47,461 bases of DNA. Origin: Atopobium sp. (GTDB lineage Bacteria; Actinomycetota; Coriobacteriia; Coriobacteriales; Atopobiaceae). The position numbers and the translations under genes were made by a program. The notes under the pieces are model-generated. The model did not search any database. It was not told where the DNA came from and saw nothing but the letters and a program-made list of their open reading frames with translations. The DNA lies in assembly GCA_018378955.1 (NCBI GenBank), contig JAGZWL010000001.1, forward strand, positions 1 through 47,461, given 5' to 3'. Positions 26,278-35,744 of this stretch are shown piece after piece. Position 1 is the first letter of the stretch. Every line of letters starts with the position of its first letter.

Positions 26278-28533
26278 ATGTTTATCACAAAATCCTCAAA
26301 ACCTAAGGAAGAAAGAACTGCACGGAAGCGCTCCTTTGCTTCTGTCTGTCACTTTTGGTTTATCCCTCTGTTGATTGGAGCTCTTCTCCTTAGTCACTTT
26401 TTCCTAAAGCCTGCTCATAGACTTGCTTTTGCACAAGAGCCCTCTTTTACTGTTGCACAAAGAGAAGATTTTCCTGGTGGACAACAAATTCCTATGTGGA
26501 CCGCTAGCGACGGTACGTATCTCTACTGTGGAGATGAGTTCAATCACTATGGCGCCTGGCCAGGAGCAACTGGAAGTGTAATTGATCCGCAGTCTTATAC
26601 AAACCTCACCTCAGCTAATGGCGCTCGCGGTGGAACGTATACCGCCGAGCAGCTTAGAGCTATTGACTACATCATTTATCACGGAGCTACTGCGTCCCAA
26701 GAAAAAGACGTGTATGGCTATACAGGTTGGAAGGCGCGAGCCATCACGCAGTTTGCGCTGTGGGCAGTTATGCGCGGAGAAGCCCATGCTCTTGCGGTAA
26801 GTGTTCCTCAGACGGAGCTTCATCAACCTATTGAGCAGTTCTACTCCGATGCTATAAACTATGCTCAAACCAACGGTGGTGGTCCGGAGAGTGGAGTTGC
26901 CAAGCTGTTTGTGCCTACAGGAGACAAACAGGTTCTGTTTTTCTTTGGGCAGCGATCTGGCTCTCTCAAAATCACCAAAGGCTCCCTATTACCCGATGTC
27001 ACTTCAAATAACGAGCACTACTCCCTAGAAGGCGCAGTTTACGGAGTATATTCCGATGAGGGTTGCACCAATCTTCTTGGCAGCCTCACTCTTGACGAAT
27101 CTGGGTCTGCAACGCTCGATGAGCTTCCTGTTGGAACGGTATACGTAAAAGAAACCACTGCACCAAAAGGCTTTCTTCTTGATCAAACAATTCATGCTGT
27201 AGAGATAAAAAACCAGGAAGAGAGCGCTCTCACGGTTACCGACACTCCTGTCGGAGACTTTAATCTACGCATTTCAAAGCAAGACTTTGACCACAGTACG
27301 AGCCTCAGCGAAAACAATCATTCCGAGCAACAAAGTGCTTCTCCCCAAGGTAACGCAACACTGCAAGGCGCGCTTTTTAAGGTGACCTACAGCAGCTCCT
27401 CTGAAACAACACTTAGAACATGGGTTTTCTCGACCGACGAACAAGGTTTTGTCTCTTTTGATGCAGACCATAAGGTTTCTGGAGATGACCTTTTTACTCT
27501 TGGCGAGAAACCCTGGCTTCCTCTGGGGTATTACCAAATCGAAGAAATTCAAGCACCTGAAGGCTATAAACTTCCAGAACATTCGCTTCAAACTTGGAAG
27601 CTATCAAGCCAAGACGGAAATCTATTCTGGACAAATATCTCTAGCGGAAAAGTAAATCCTTCCTCTGGACACCTCTTCACCTTTAAAGACGAGGTAATAA
27701 AAGGAAATCTTAAGATCAAGAAAATTGGACACACTTCCCTAAATTCGTCCGATGGTTATTCTGAAGCAGAAGAGATGCCAAGTTTAAAGGGCGCCAAAAT
27801 CGAACTTACTAATAACTCCACTCAGCCCATTTTCTACCAAGGCAACTGGATTGCCCCGCACGAAGTTGTCACCACAGTAGAAACAGACGATTCTGGAGAG
27901 GCTGCTGTTAAAGACCTTCCCTTTGGCTCCTACTCGCTTAAAGAGGTGCTGGCTCCAGCAGGTTACTCCCTCAACAAAGAATGGAACCCTACGGTTACCC
28001 TTACTTCTGAAGGGACTATAGAGGCTACCGAACTTATTGATGAAAGAATTTCTCTACAAACGATGCTTGTAGATGCCGCAGGATCAAAAAATCCTGAATA
28101 TACCGAGAAACTCAATCTTGTTGATCACATTAAATACGAGGGTCTTACCCCAGGAGAAGAGTACGAAATTACCGGAGAGCTCTATGAGACAAAACAGCTC
28201 CAAGAAGGTACAGCGGAACCCATCGCTCGTGGAACTATTCGCTTCAAAGCTCCTACCTCATCAGGAGAAGCTGCAGTTCCTTTTTCTGTAAGGACCGCTT
28301 CACTTGAAGGTAAAGAAGTTACTGCCTACGAAACAATCTCAAAAGATGGTGAGAAAGTTGCTTCGCACACGGACAGTCACTCCAAAGCGCAAACTATTCG
28401 TGTGACCCCTAAGCCCCATCTTCCTGGAACAGCAGATAATGCCTACTCAGTTCCCCTTTTACTCGCCCTGGCAGGATCGGTACTTATTGGATGTGTCCAC
28501 TTATTTGCAGCAAAAATTAGACGTTCTTTTTAG
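26278..28533 (+). CDS. Sortase-anchored adhesin: thioester domain, SpaA/CnaB isopeptide repeats and a T-Q ester (VaFE-type) domain
   Basis: Signal peptide; YLYC and ITQFALW...KQVL; repeats LEGAVY/LQGALF/LKGAKI with E..AP.G(F/Y); VDHIKYEGL...HTDSHSKAQT; LPGTA followed by a TM and KIRR; ATG 26278 after GGAGG. Confidence 0.85.
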   Translation: MFITKSSKPKEERTARKRSFASVCHFWFIPLLIGALLLSHFFLKPAHRLAFAQEPSFTVAQREDFPGGQQIPMWTASDGTYLYCGDEFNHYGAWPGATGSVIDPQSYTNLTSANGARGGTYTAEQLRAIDYIIYHGATASQEKDVYGYTGWKARAITQFALWAVMRGEAHALAVSVPQTELHQPIEQFYSDAINYAQTNGGGPESGVAKLFVPTGDKQVLFFFGQRSGSLKITKGSLLPDVTSNNEHYSLEGAVYGVYSDEGCTNLLGSLTLDESGSATLDELPVGTVYVKETTAPKGFLLDQTIHAVEIKNQEESALTVTDTPVGDFNLRISKQDFDHSTSLSENNHSEQQSASPQGNATLQGALFKVTYSSSSETTLRTWVFSTDEQGFVSFDADHKVSGDDLFTLGEKPWLPLGYYQIEEIQAPEGYKLPEHSLQTWKLSSQDGNLFWTNISSGKVNPSSGHLFTFKDEVIKGNLKIKKIGHTSLNSSDGYSEAEEMPSLKGAKIELTNNSTQPIFYQGNWIAPHEVVTTVETDDSGEAAVKDLPFGSYSLKEVLAPAGYSLNKEWNPTVTLTSEGTIEATELIDERISLQTMLVDAAGSKNPEYTEKLNLVDHIKYEGLTPGEEYEITGELYETKQLQEGTAEPIARGTIRFKAPTSSGEAAVPFSVRTASLEGKEVTAYETISKDGEKVASHTDSHSKAQTIRVTPKPHLPGTADNAYSVPLLLALAGSVLIGCVHLFAAKIRRSF

Positions 28534-28560
28534 TTGAGTAACCTTGCCTTTGCGCTAAAA

Positions 28561-28590
28561 AAGAAAGGGCAGAAACCTCTGCCCTTTCTT
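28561..28590. terminator. Bidirectional terminator
   Basis: AAGAAAGGGCAGA-AACC-TCTGCCCTTTCTT between convergent genes. Confidence 0.85.
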
Positions 28591-28621
28591 AAAAACTTAC
28601 TCTAGCTAGTAACTTATTCGT

Positions 28622-30544
28622 TTATGAGCGTCTAATAAGCTCAGTAACAAGAGCTGCTGCGTCAGCGCACTGACCAGCGTTGACATTCTCGCGAACATCA
28701 GCGGCGGTACGGCTGAGTGCAGGAAGTCCATCCTCGTTTAAGCCCATTAAGGTAACGGAACGAACTGAATTCTGCATTGCAGGAGTTGCGTCAGTGGTTC
28801 CCCAGTCAAATGCGCTCTGCTCAACATCGATATGAAGATCAGTTGCAATGGTAGAAAGGAGTCGAGTCATTCTACGGTCAGCGCGGCGAACGTTGCCAAT
28901 TCCCTCGTTCTTAAGAATAGAGAGCGAGCCAGCGCCAACGCAATCAAGGTTAATCAGGAAAGCACCGCGAATATCAGTTCTGTGCTTTGAGAGGAACTCT
29001 CTCATGCCTGCGTGATCAAAGTCAGATGCTCCAAGCGCAACAAACCAAATGTCATGTGCAATGAGTTCGTCATCAGAGAGAGACAGAACGGCGTTACGAA
29101 GATCATCCTCAGAAATAGCAGCTGCATCTTCAGAGTCGGTCTCTTCACGATTCTCAGCAGATGGAGCTGCGCCACCCTTCCAGTCATCCGATGGACCATC
29201 GTTGCGACCGAAGAGTCTAAAGGAACGACGCTTTGCCTCAGGAGTCTTTGCGTCTTGCGCCTCTGTTAGGCCCTCATCGGCTGAAATGGTATCGAATGGA
29301 CTCTCTGCATCCTCTGCCTCTGGAGTTGGTGTAGCTGTCTGAGCTGGGACATAGTGAGGAGCTGGCTCGGAAGATGGAGCCAGAGGATCAACGGCATCGC
29401 CAGAAGGATCAGGAAGATCAAAGAGGGACGCACGACGAGCAAAATCGTTCTTAGCATGGAGCTCATGTGTTGCATCAGGCTGTACCTGCGTTGTGTCTGC
29501 ATCTGCGGACTCATGAACCTGCTTCATGGTTGCATTAAGCTCATCGTCAACAGAATCATAAGCAACGGTGTTGTCAGCAGCATCCCCAGCCTGCTCATCT
29601 TCTGTTGTTGCATTTACAGCCTCTGCAACATCCTCAAGAGATGCTGTCTGGCTTGCACCAGTAGTGTCATAAGCAACGTAGCTTACTTCGCAGTCCTCAG
29701 GAAGAATACCCAACGAATTAAGGACTTCCTCACCGTGGCGGACGCCCTCAACCTCATCAGGCTCTGGGATAAGTGCAGCAGCATCGCCTGCAAAGTGATG
29801 AACGACCTCAGGACGATGGCCGGTAGGACGGACATTCTCGAGAATACCAAGAAGAGCTGCAACTGAAGACTTGTTATTGTTTGCGCCAATGGTACAAGGT
29901 GCAAAACGCTCTGCAATAGTTGCAACAGAAAGGGCGACAAGTGGAAGAGCTGCAAGAATACCAACAATCCAGAAAAGGACACGAACTGGATCAGGAAGGA
30001 AGCGAAGAATCTGAACAAATGTAGCAACAAATACTGCAACTACACACCAACGCGAATACTTCTGTGCAAGAGGTACATACTTTGCTACAGGAGACTCAAC
30101 AAGGAAGTTTGTATGTGGGGAGTCATAGTGAGCAACGATGACGATTGGACGGTTGCCCTTTGCAACAAGCTCGCCAGTGGCCTCGTGCTTAGCAACAACG
30201 TTCTGGCTTCTGATGGAAGATCCGAATGAACCGAGAATGTCATTACCAAAGTACTTGAGGCACGTAAGTGCGCCAAAGCCGACAACAAGCAGAACGCCAA
30301 AAGCAATAAGTGCTGCATTGCCAGTGCCTGCAAAAATAACGCCAATGAAGAGGAGGATTAAATAGATTGAATAACCAAGACTCTTAATAGACTTAGCATC
30401 AAATTCTTCAATGGTTGCCTCAAGCCCGTGAAGTTTCATTTCTTCAGCAATGGTTTGAGCAGCCTGAAGCTCCTCTTGGCTACCGGCAGGAGCAATATCA
30501 ATCTGCTCGTCTAGATAGTCAACATAGTCATGTGTGATGGCCAT
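28622..30544 (-). CDS. Membrane M28-peptidase-like protein with a long acidic insertion; probably degenerate
   Basis: QNVVA...IVIVAHYDS, GANNNKSSVAALL, INLDCVG, TTDA; four TMs; ATG 30544 after GAAGGA. Confidence 0.75.
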   Translation of the reverse strand: MAITHDYVDYLDEQIDIAPAGSQEELQAAQTIAEEMKLHGLEATIEEFDAKSIKSLGYSIYLILLFIGVIFAGTGNAALIAFGVLLVVGFGALTCLKYFGNDILGSFGSSIRSQNVVAKHEATGELVAKGNRPIVIVAHYDSPHTNFLVESPVAKYVPLAQKYSRWCVVAVFVATFVQILRFLPDPVRVLFWIVGILAALPLVALSVATIAERFAPCTIGANNNKSSVAALLGILENVRPTGHRPEVVHHFAGDAAALIPEPDEVEGVRHGEEVLNSLGILPEDCEVSYVAYDTTGASQTASLEDVAEAVNATTEDEQAGDAADNTVAYDSVDDELNATMKQVHESADADTTQVQPDATHELHAKNDFARRASLFDLPDPSGDAVDPLAPSSEPAPHYVPAQTATPTPEAEDAESPFDTISADEGLTEAQDAKTPEAKRRSFRLFGRNDGPSDDWKGGAAPSAENREETDSEDAAAISEDDLRNAVLSLSDDELIAHDIWFVALGASDFDHAGMREFLSKHRTDIRGAFLINLDCVGAGSLSILKNEGIGNVRRADRRMTRLLSTIATDLHIDVEQSAFDWGTTDATPAMQNSVRSVTLMGLNEDGLPALSRTAADVRENVNAGQCADAAALVTELIRRS

Positions 30545-30733
30545 ACTGCGTCCTTCGTTGGCATGTCTTCTGACAGGTTTCATATATACGTCATTAGTAT
30601 ACGTCTTATATCGAAATATAGCGGTTAAAGTGTATTTTTACGTCCAAATTTAGAAATTCTGCACTAAATATCAAAAACTTTCGTATATGTTTAGAGAGAT
30701 TTGAGTTCAACTAGCAAAAAGCGGGAGGTGGAT

Positions 30734-31714
30734 ATGGCTCCAAACGATCAATCTCTAGGCAACAACGAGCTAGGTGCCTGGAGGATTTTCTCGCTATTTA
30801 TGCTGCTACTTCAAAAAGGGCCTTTGCCTTCGGCAGAGATTTATACGACGATTTACTCGGATTTGTCTACTGATTCAGCTTCAAGAACGTTTTCAAGAGA
30901 CCGAGCTGTTCTAAAATCACTCGGATTTGCAATTACTGAGGTAAAAACAGGAAAAGAAAAGTCGTTCTATCTTTCGGACTCAAATTTCTTTGATTCCTCG
31001 TATGACTTAAGCCCTGAAGATGCCAATCAACTGCTTGTTATCTGCAGCGCAGTTCTCACTGATACAACTTTTGTGTACCAGGAGGAACTAAGAAACGCGC
31101 TATCTAAAATTGTGGGTAATTTTTATTCCTCAGATTCAGACAAGCCAGGGAGCCAAAAACTCAGTGCTTCTTCTCAAAGCAAAGTCTTTCCTGTTCTATA
31201 CGAATCACTCAGCTCTAAACAACTGGTAAACGTCACCTATACAAATTCACAGGACCAGATTAAACAAAAGCGTCTGGGCGTTCTGGACTTCTTTGTTTCA
31301 CAGGGACTTCTGTACTTTGTGGGGCAAGATTTTTCGTCCGGTACTGAGAGCGCTTCAATCAAAACTTTTCGCATTGACCGTGTCTTAGATGCTGCAATTC
31401 TTAAAGATGAGCACTTCTCCATTCCGGAAGATTTTGATTCAAATGACTACAACCTGCTTGATTTCCAGATCGGATCACAGGCTGGCACTCTTGTTGCGTT
31501 TGTCCCCAAAAACATACTCGCGGCTTTTGAGCATTTCTCGCAAGGTCAAGGCGATATTGAGCTTCTTCCTAATGGAGCTTTATGGACCGTTGCTTACGCC
31601 CATGAGAACACTGCTTTATCTTGGATTCTTGCTCATGGACTAATTCCAAGGTCTCCAGAGTCTCTTCTCGCAAAATGGAAAGAGTCTTTAAGCGAGGTTG
31701 TCAATGGCCGTTAA
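30734..31714 (+). CDS. HTH-WYL transcriptional regulator, PafB-like
   Basis: RTFSRDRAVLKSLGF (PafB-type HTH), LYFVGQD...KTFRIDRV (WYL); ATG 30734 after GGAGGTG. Confidence 0.85.
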   Translation: MAPNDQSLGNNELGAWRIFSLFMLLLQKGPLPSAEIYTTIYSDLSTDSASRTFSRDRAVLKSLGFAITEVKTGKEKSFYLSDSNFFDSSYDLSPEDANQLLVICSAVLTDTTFVYQEELRNALSKIVGNFYSSDSDKPGSQKLSASSQSKVFPVLYESLSSKQLVNVTYTNSQDQIKQKRLGVLDFFVSQGLLYFVGQDFSSGTESASIKTFRIDRVLDAAILKDEHFSIPEDFDSNDYNLLDFQIGSQAGTLVAFVPKNILAAFEHFSQGQGDIELLPNGALWTVAYAHENTALSWILAHGLIPRSPESLLAKWKESLSEVVNGR

Positions 31715-32690
31715 AAACACCTCTTTTGGAAGAAAAAACATTTCTTCGGCCGTCTACAAACTCGTGTTGCTTGCTTCTGCATTTAGAGATTCCTTTGACG
31801 CGGTCGAGTTGAGTGCGGTCCAGTCGCGGTTTGGCATCTCCTCAGAAGAGGCTGCTATTCTGATGGAGCTTTTGCAGCTCACGGACGAGAATGGCTATCT
31901 TCCCCTCCCGCTTACTGGAGACCAAGATACTTTGACGCTCGTTGGAGAGTCTCCGTTTAGAACTCGAAGGCTTGTCTTAACAGACGAAGAAACGTTAGCG
32001 CTTAAAGAGGCGTTTACAACACTTGCTTTACCCCAAGAAAGTGTTTTTTGGAAACTTCTGAAGTCTCCGTATACGGCAGACTCTTCATCAGATGATGCTT
32101 CAGCTTCACGTGTCTCTAAAAGCCATACTAAAGACGTAGACGCATTCCTCACCTGCTCAAATGCAATTTCAGAATCACAGGTTATTTCATTTGAGTATCG
32201 TTCTGAGATGGCGTTTGTGGAAACTCAAAGCAATAAAGAAGCTGTAGTCAGCCAAAGAGATGTACTTCCCTATCAATTGTCATACGGGGAGAACGGCTGG
32301 CTTATCGAGGGAATAGATTTAGACCTCGAGCAGCAAAGAGTCTTTAGAGTCAATCGCATGAGCCGTATTGAAGCGCAATCCGCTTCGTTTGATCAGTTAA
32401 AGCTCGCAGAACACGTGAGAGATTCTGCTGCAGAAAAAAGATCTCAGTTAGTAGAGCTTGTATTCCTTGATAAAAGTGCTCTTACGCACTATTCGTGGCC
32501 TGGCCTCAAAACGGTTGGCGGTCAGCGCAATGCCACAGAGATTAAAGCAACTATCCCCTATTACGGCGGAACGTGGCTTTTACAACGCTTACTTGCCCTT
32601 AAGGGAAAAGTAACAACCAAAGACCATGCCGTGACGCAGGCAATGCGCGCCTATGCTGCATCTCTTCTTGCTGCAGAAGAGCAACTTTAA
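31704..32690 (+). CDS. WYL-domain regulator, PafC-like
   Basis: LT.EE..AL motif, PYQL...GWLIEGID...RVFRVNRM, WCX-like C-terminus (WLLQRLLAL); overlaps the upstream WYL gene by 11 bp. Confidence 0.83.
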   Translation: MAVKNTSFGRKNISSAVYKLVLLASAFRDSFDAVELSAVQSRFGISSEEAAILMELLQLTDENGYLPLPLTGDQDTLTLVGESPFRTRRLVLTDEETLALKEAFTTLALPQESVFWKLLKSPYTADSSSDDASASRVSKSHTKDVDAFLTCSNAISESQVISFEYRSEMAFVETQSNKEAVVSQRDVLPYQLSYGENGWLIEGIDLDLEQQRVFRVNRMSRIEAQSASFDQLKLAEHVRDSAAEKRSQLVELVFLDKSALTHYSWPGLKTVGGQRNATEIKATIPYYGGTWLLQRLLALKGKVTTKDHAVTQAMRAYAASLLAAEEQL

Positions 32691-32715
32691 GCCAATTTGG
32701 TAGCTGTTAGTGCTG

Positions 32716-35700
32716 CTACGCGTCGTGTTCTTCTCGCCACTTGGCAATTTGCTCGGAGATATCCTTTGTCGAGACGCACTGGTAGTTCTTGTTGGGCAAT
32801 GACTTCAAGAACGAGCTGCCATATCGCTTGGACACAAGCCTGGAATCGGCAAGCACCAAAACGCCTTTGTCCTCAGCACTCCTGATAAGGCGACCAGCAG
32901 CCTGTTTGGTTGCAATTACCGCCTCTGGCAGAGAATAGCGCCACCACGCACGGTCTTCTCGCGCTTCACGCTCTTTGACCAGCGGTTCATTAGGGCTTGC
33001 AAACGGAAGCTTAGGGATTACCACGCACCTCAGCGTATCTCCCGCAGCGTCAAAGCCTTCCCAGAACGATTTAAGAGCAAACAGCGAGAGGTTCTTCTCG
33101 GCCAGGAACTTTTCGCGAACGCGTCGCGCGGAAGAAGATCGCTCCTGGCAGGCAAGGTTAAGGCCACGCTCACTCAAGCGAGGCTCTAGCGCTTCAAAGA
33201 GGCGCTCCATATCACGTCTGTTGGTAAAGAGCGTCAGCACCGAGCCGCCCATCTGAACATGAACGTCGTACAGCAGCTTTTCCAGTGCGTCCAAGTAACC
33301 CGGGTCTGTTGGCGCAGGCATATCCTCAGCCACAAAGACGCCCATATGATTCTCGTAGTCAAAACTGGAGTCTAAGTGCAGGCTCTTGTGCTCAAAGGAG
33401 CCTCTATCCAAGCCAACAGCGTGCTCAAAATGCGAGAAGTCATCTCCAACAGCAATGGTTGCTGAGGTAAACACAACAGAATGCGTCTCCGGCAGCCACT
33501 TCTCTGCCAGCTCTGCTCCAATATCAAGCTTCTCGGCCATAAGGGCCTCAGAGCCAATGTCGCGTTTTAGTCGGGTTAACTTGGCTGAATAGACGTAGCT
33601 CTTGTCCGTTCCCTCACAGATGAGCTTCAGTGAATCCAGAAGGGTACTCAAGAACACCCCAGCCTCGCTCAAGTTGCTTGCGAGGTTTGGTGCCGACGCG
33701 ACAAGTGCATCGGTAGCTTTGCCTATACGAAGCGTCGCTTCTTCAAGAGCAGAAAGAGCAACGGAAGCGGTCCCCAAGACCTCTTTCCATTCCTCTGTCT
33801 CTCTTACCTCGTCATTGATCCAAAGCTGAAGGGAGTTATAACCACCATCACTTTTAGCCAACGGAGCCAGCTCATGCACAGTGGCCATAAGGTTGCCCAT
33901 TGCTGCCATGGCTCGCTGAACTGCGGCGGCAGAGCGCGTGAGAAGCCCCGTGAGCAGCGTAGAGTCCTCAAGGTTGGCAGCGCCCACCATAGCGGCGTGA
34001 ATAGCGCCAGACTTGATGCCTCCAAGCAGCTCAAAACCGTTTCGCATTTCTTTGGCAGAGATTTCTACTGCCCACTGACGGCGAGCTTCAGCTTCAAAAC
34101 CATGAGCCTCATCGATTACCCAATGCCTGATAGGAGGCAGAATTTTACCGTCAGCAGCAACGTTTCTGAGCAACAGAGAGTGGTTGGACACCACAACATC
34201 TGAAGACCCTGCGCGTTTACGAGCTCCATGAACAAAGCACTCGTGAGGGTAATATGGGCACTTGGAGCGCAGACACTCTGCAGCCTTGATGGTTACCATC
34301 TCGCGTGGAACTGAACGCCAACGAATACCCAGCGCATCCAAGTCGCCATCAGCCGACTGGCATGCGTATGCATAAATCACCGCAATTGCGGTCAGCATGT
34401 CAGACGCAACGCTATTGCTCGAGCGACCTTCTTGGTCGATGAGCGTCAGTGGAAGCTCTTCAAGGGCAGCTCTATCAACACGATGCAGGCACGGATAGTG
34501 CTCGTACCCTTTTAAGCTGCAAAAACTCAACCCGCTAGGAAGCGCCTTCGCAAGCGCTGGAAGGTCATGAGCAACTAGCTGGTCAGTCAAGGCGTTTGTC
34601 TTTGTAGCAATGCCTACGGTAACATCGTTTTTCTGCGCAAAAAGCACCTCAGGCAGCAGGTATGCAATTGACTTGCCAATGCCAGTCCCCGCCTCAAGCT
34701 CTCTATGCGAAGAGGTGACCAGCGCATTCCTGACCTCAACGGACATGCTGACTTGCTCGCTGCGCGTCTCAAATTTGTCATACATCTGTGAGACAACACC
34801 CGGCTTAGCAAACGCTCTGTGAATCTCGTCTTTAGAAATCGGCAGCATGGCAGGCGTCTCTGGGTCGTCCGCGTCTCTTCTCGCCTTTGCTTTTATGTCG
34901 GCGACAAGCTGGGCGCGAATATCCTTGAGCGAGAAAAACGTGCCCGAGATCTCTGCATCTGCAAGTTCGGCACCTGTTGCATTTTTCTTTGCGACACCGC
35001 GCTGAACTGCTTCTTCTTCCTTCATTTGCGACAAATACGAGAAGATTGGCCTAAACGTCCACTCCACTCCGTCGTGCATTGACGCCAGTTTGGCGAGAAG
35101 ACCGCGGGGCAGATTCATAAGTCCCAAAAGCAAGATGCGCCACATCCCACAAAGAGCATCTACGTCATCGCTTGCGCGATGCGTAACCTTCATGGTGCCA
35201 AACGCTTCAGCCATGCTGGAAAGCTTGTGTGAAGAAAGTCGAGGTAGCGCTATGCGTGAGAGCGACAGCGTATCAATCCAGGTGTCGGAGACAGAAGTGC
35301 CACCAGGAATGCGCTCAATAAACGTACGGTCAAACGTGGCGTTGTGAGCCAAAACCGGAAGACCGCCAACAAATTCTGCAAGTGCAGCAACTGCTTCCTT
35401 TGCGCTTGGCGCACCTTTAACGTCTTCATCGGTAATTGAAGTGAGGGCCGTAATCTCTTCTGGAATTGGACACCCTGGATCAACAAAAGTCTGAAAGCGC
35501 TCCACAATCTCTCTACCACTCAATTTAGCAGCAGAAATCTCAATAAGGGAACACTTCTTAAAGGACAGACCTGTTGTCTCGGTATCCAAAACAACAATGT
35601 CATCCTCTAAGACATCAAATGACTCATGCTCAGCCCTCTCTGCAAGTTCTAAATACTTCTTGCAAACCGCAGAGGGGGTACCTGGAAGAATGAGTTCTTC

Positions 35701-35733
35701 TAGTTTTTGCGTAGCGCTTTTAGTGCTGGTCAT
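32716..35733 (-). CDS. dinG: DEDDh 3'-5' exonuclease fused to a DinG-family helicase
   Basis: VLDTETTG, HNATFD, HRASDD; AGTGIGKS, IDEAH, TSAT, FWEGFD, KQAAGRLIRS; Cys cluster. Confidence 0.92.
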   Translation of the reverse strand: MTSTKSATQKLEELILPGTPSAVCKKYLELAERAEHESFDVLEDDIVVLDTETTGLSFKKCSLIEISAAKLSGREIVERFQTFVDPGCPIPEEITALTSITDEDVKGAPSAKEAVAALAEFVGGLPVLAHNATFDRTFIERIPGGTSVSDTWIDTLSLSRIALPRLSSHKLSSMAEAFGTMKVTHRASDDVDALCGMWRILLLGLMNLPRGLLAKLASMHDGVEWTFRPIFSYLSQMKEEEAVQRGVAKKNATGAELADAEISGTFFSLKDIRAQLVADIKAKARRDADDPETPAMLPISKDEIHRAFAKPGVVSQMYDKFETRSEQVSMSVEVRNALVTSSHRELEAGTGIGKSIAYLLPEVLFAQKNDVTVGIATKTNALTDQLVAHDLPALAKALPSGLSFCSLKGYEHYPCLHRVDRAALEELPLTLIDQEGRSSNSVASDMLTAIAVIYAYACQSADGDLDALGIRWRSVPREMVTIKAAECLRSKCPYYPHECFVHGARKRAGSSDVVVSNHSLLLRNVAADGKILPPIRHWVIDEAHGFEAEARRQWAVEISAKEMRNGFELLGGIKSGAIHAAMVGAANLEDSTLLTGLLTRSAAAVQRAMAAMGNLMATVHELAPLAKSDGGYNSLQLWINDEVRETEEWKEVLGTASVALSALEEATLRIGKATDALVASAPNLASNLSEAGVFLSTLLDSLKLICEGTDKSYVYSAKLTRLKRDIGSEALMAEKLDIGAELAEKWLPETHSVVFTSATIAVGDDFSHFEHAVGLDRGSFEHKSLHLDSSFDYENHMGVFVAEDMPAPTDPGYLDALEKLLYDVHVQMGGSVLTLFTNRRDMERLFEALEPRLSERGLNLACQERSSSARRVREKFLAEKNLSLFALKSFWEGFDAAGDTLRCVVIPKLPFASPNEPLVKEREAREDRAWWRYSLPEAVIATKQAAGRLIRSAEDKGVLVLADSRLVSKRYGSSFLKSLPNKNYQCVSTKDISEQIAKWREEHDA

Positions 35734-35744
35734 AACCTACAAAT

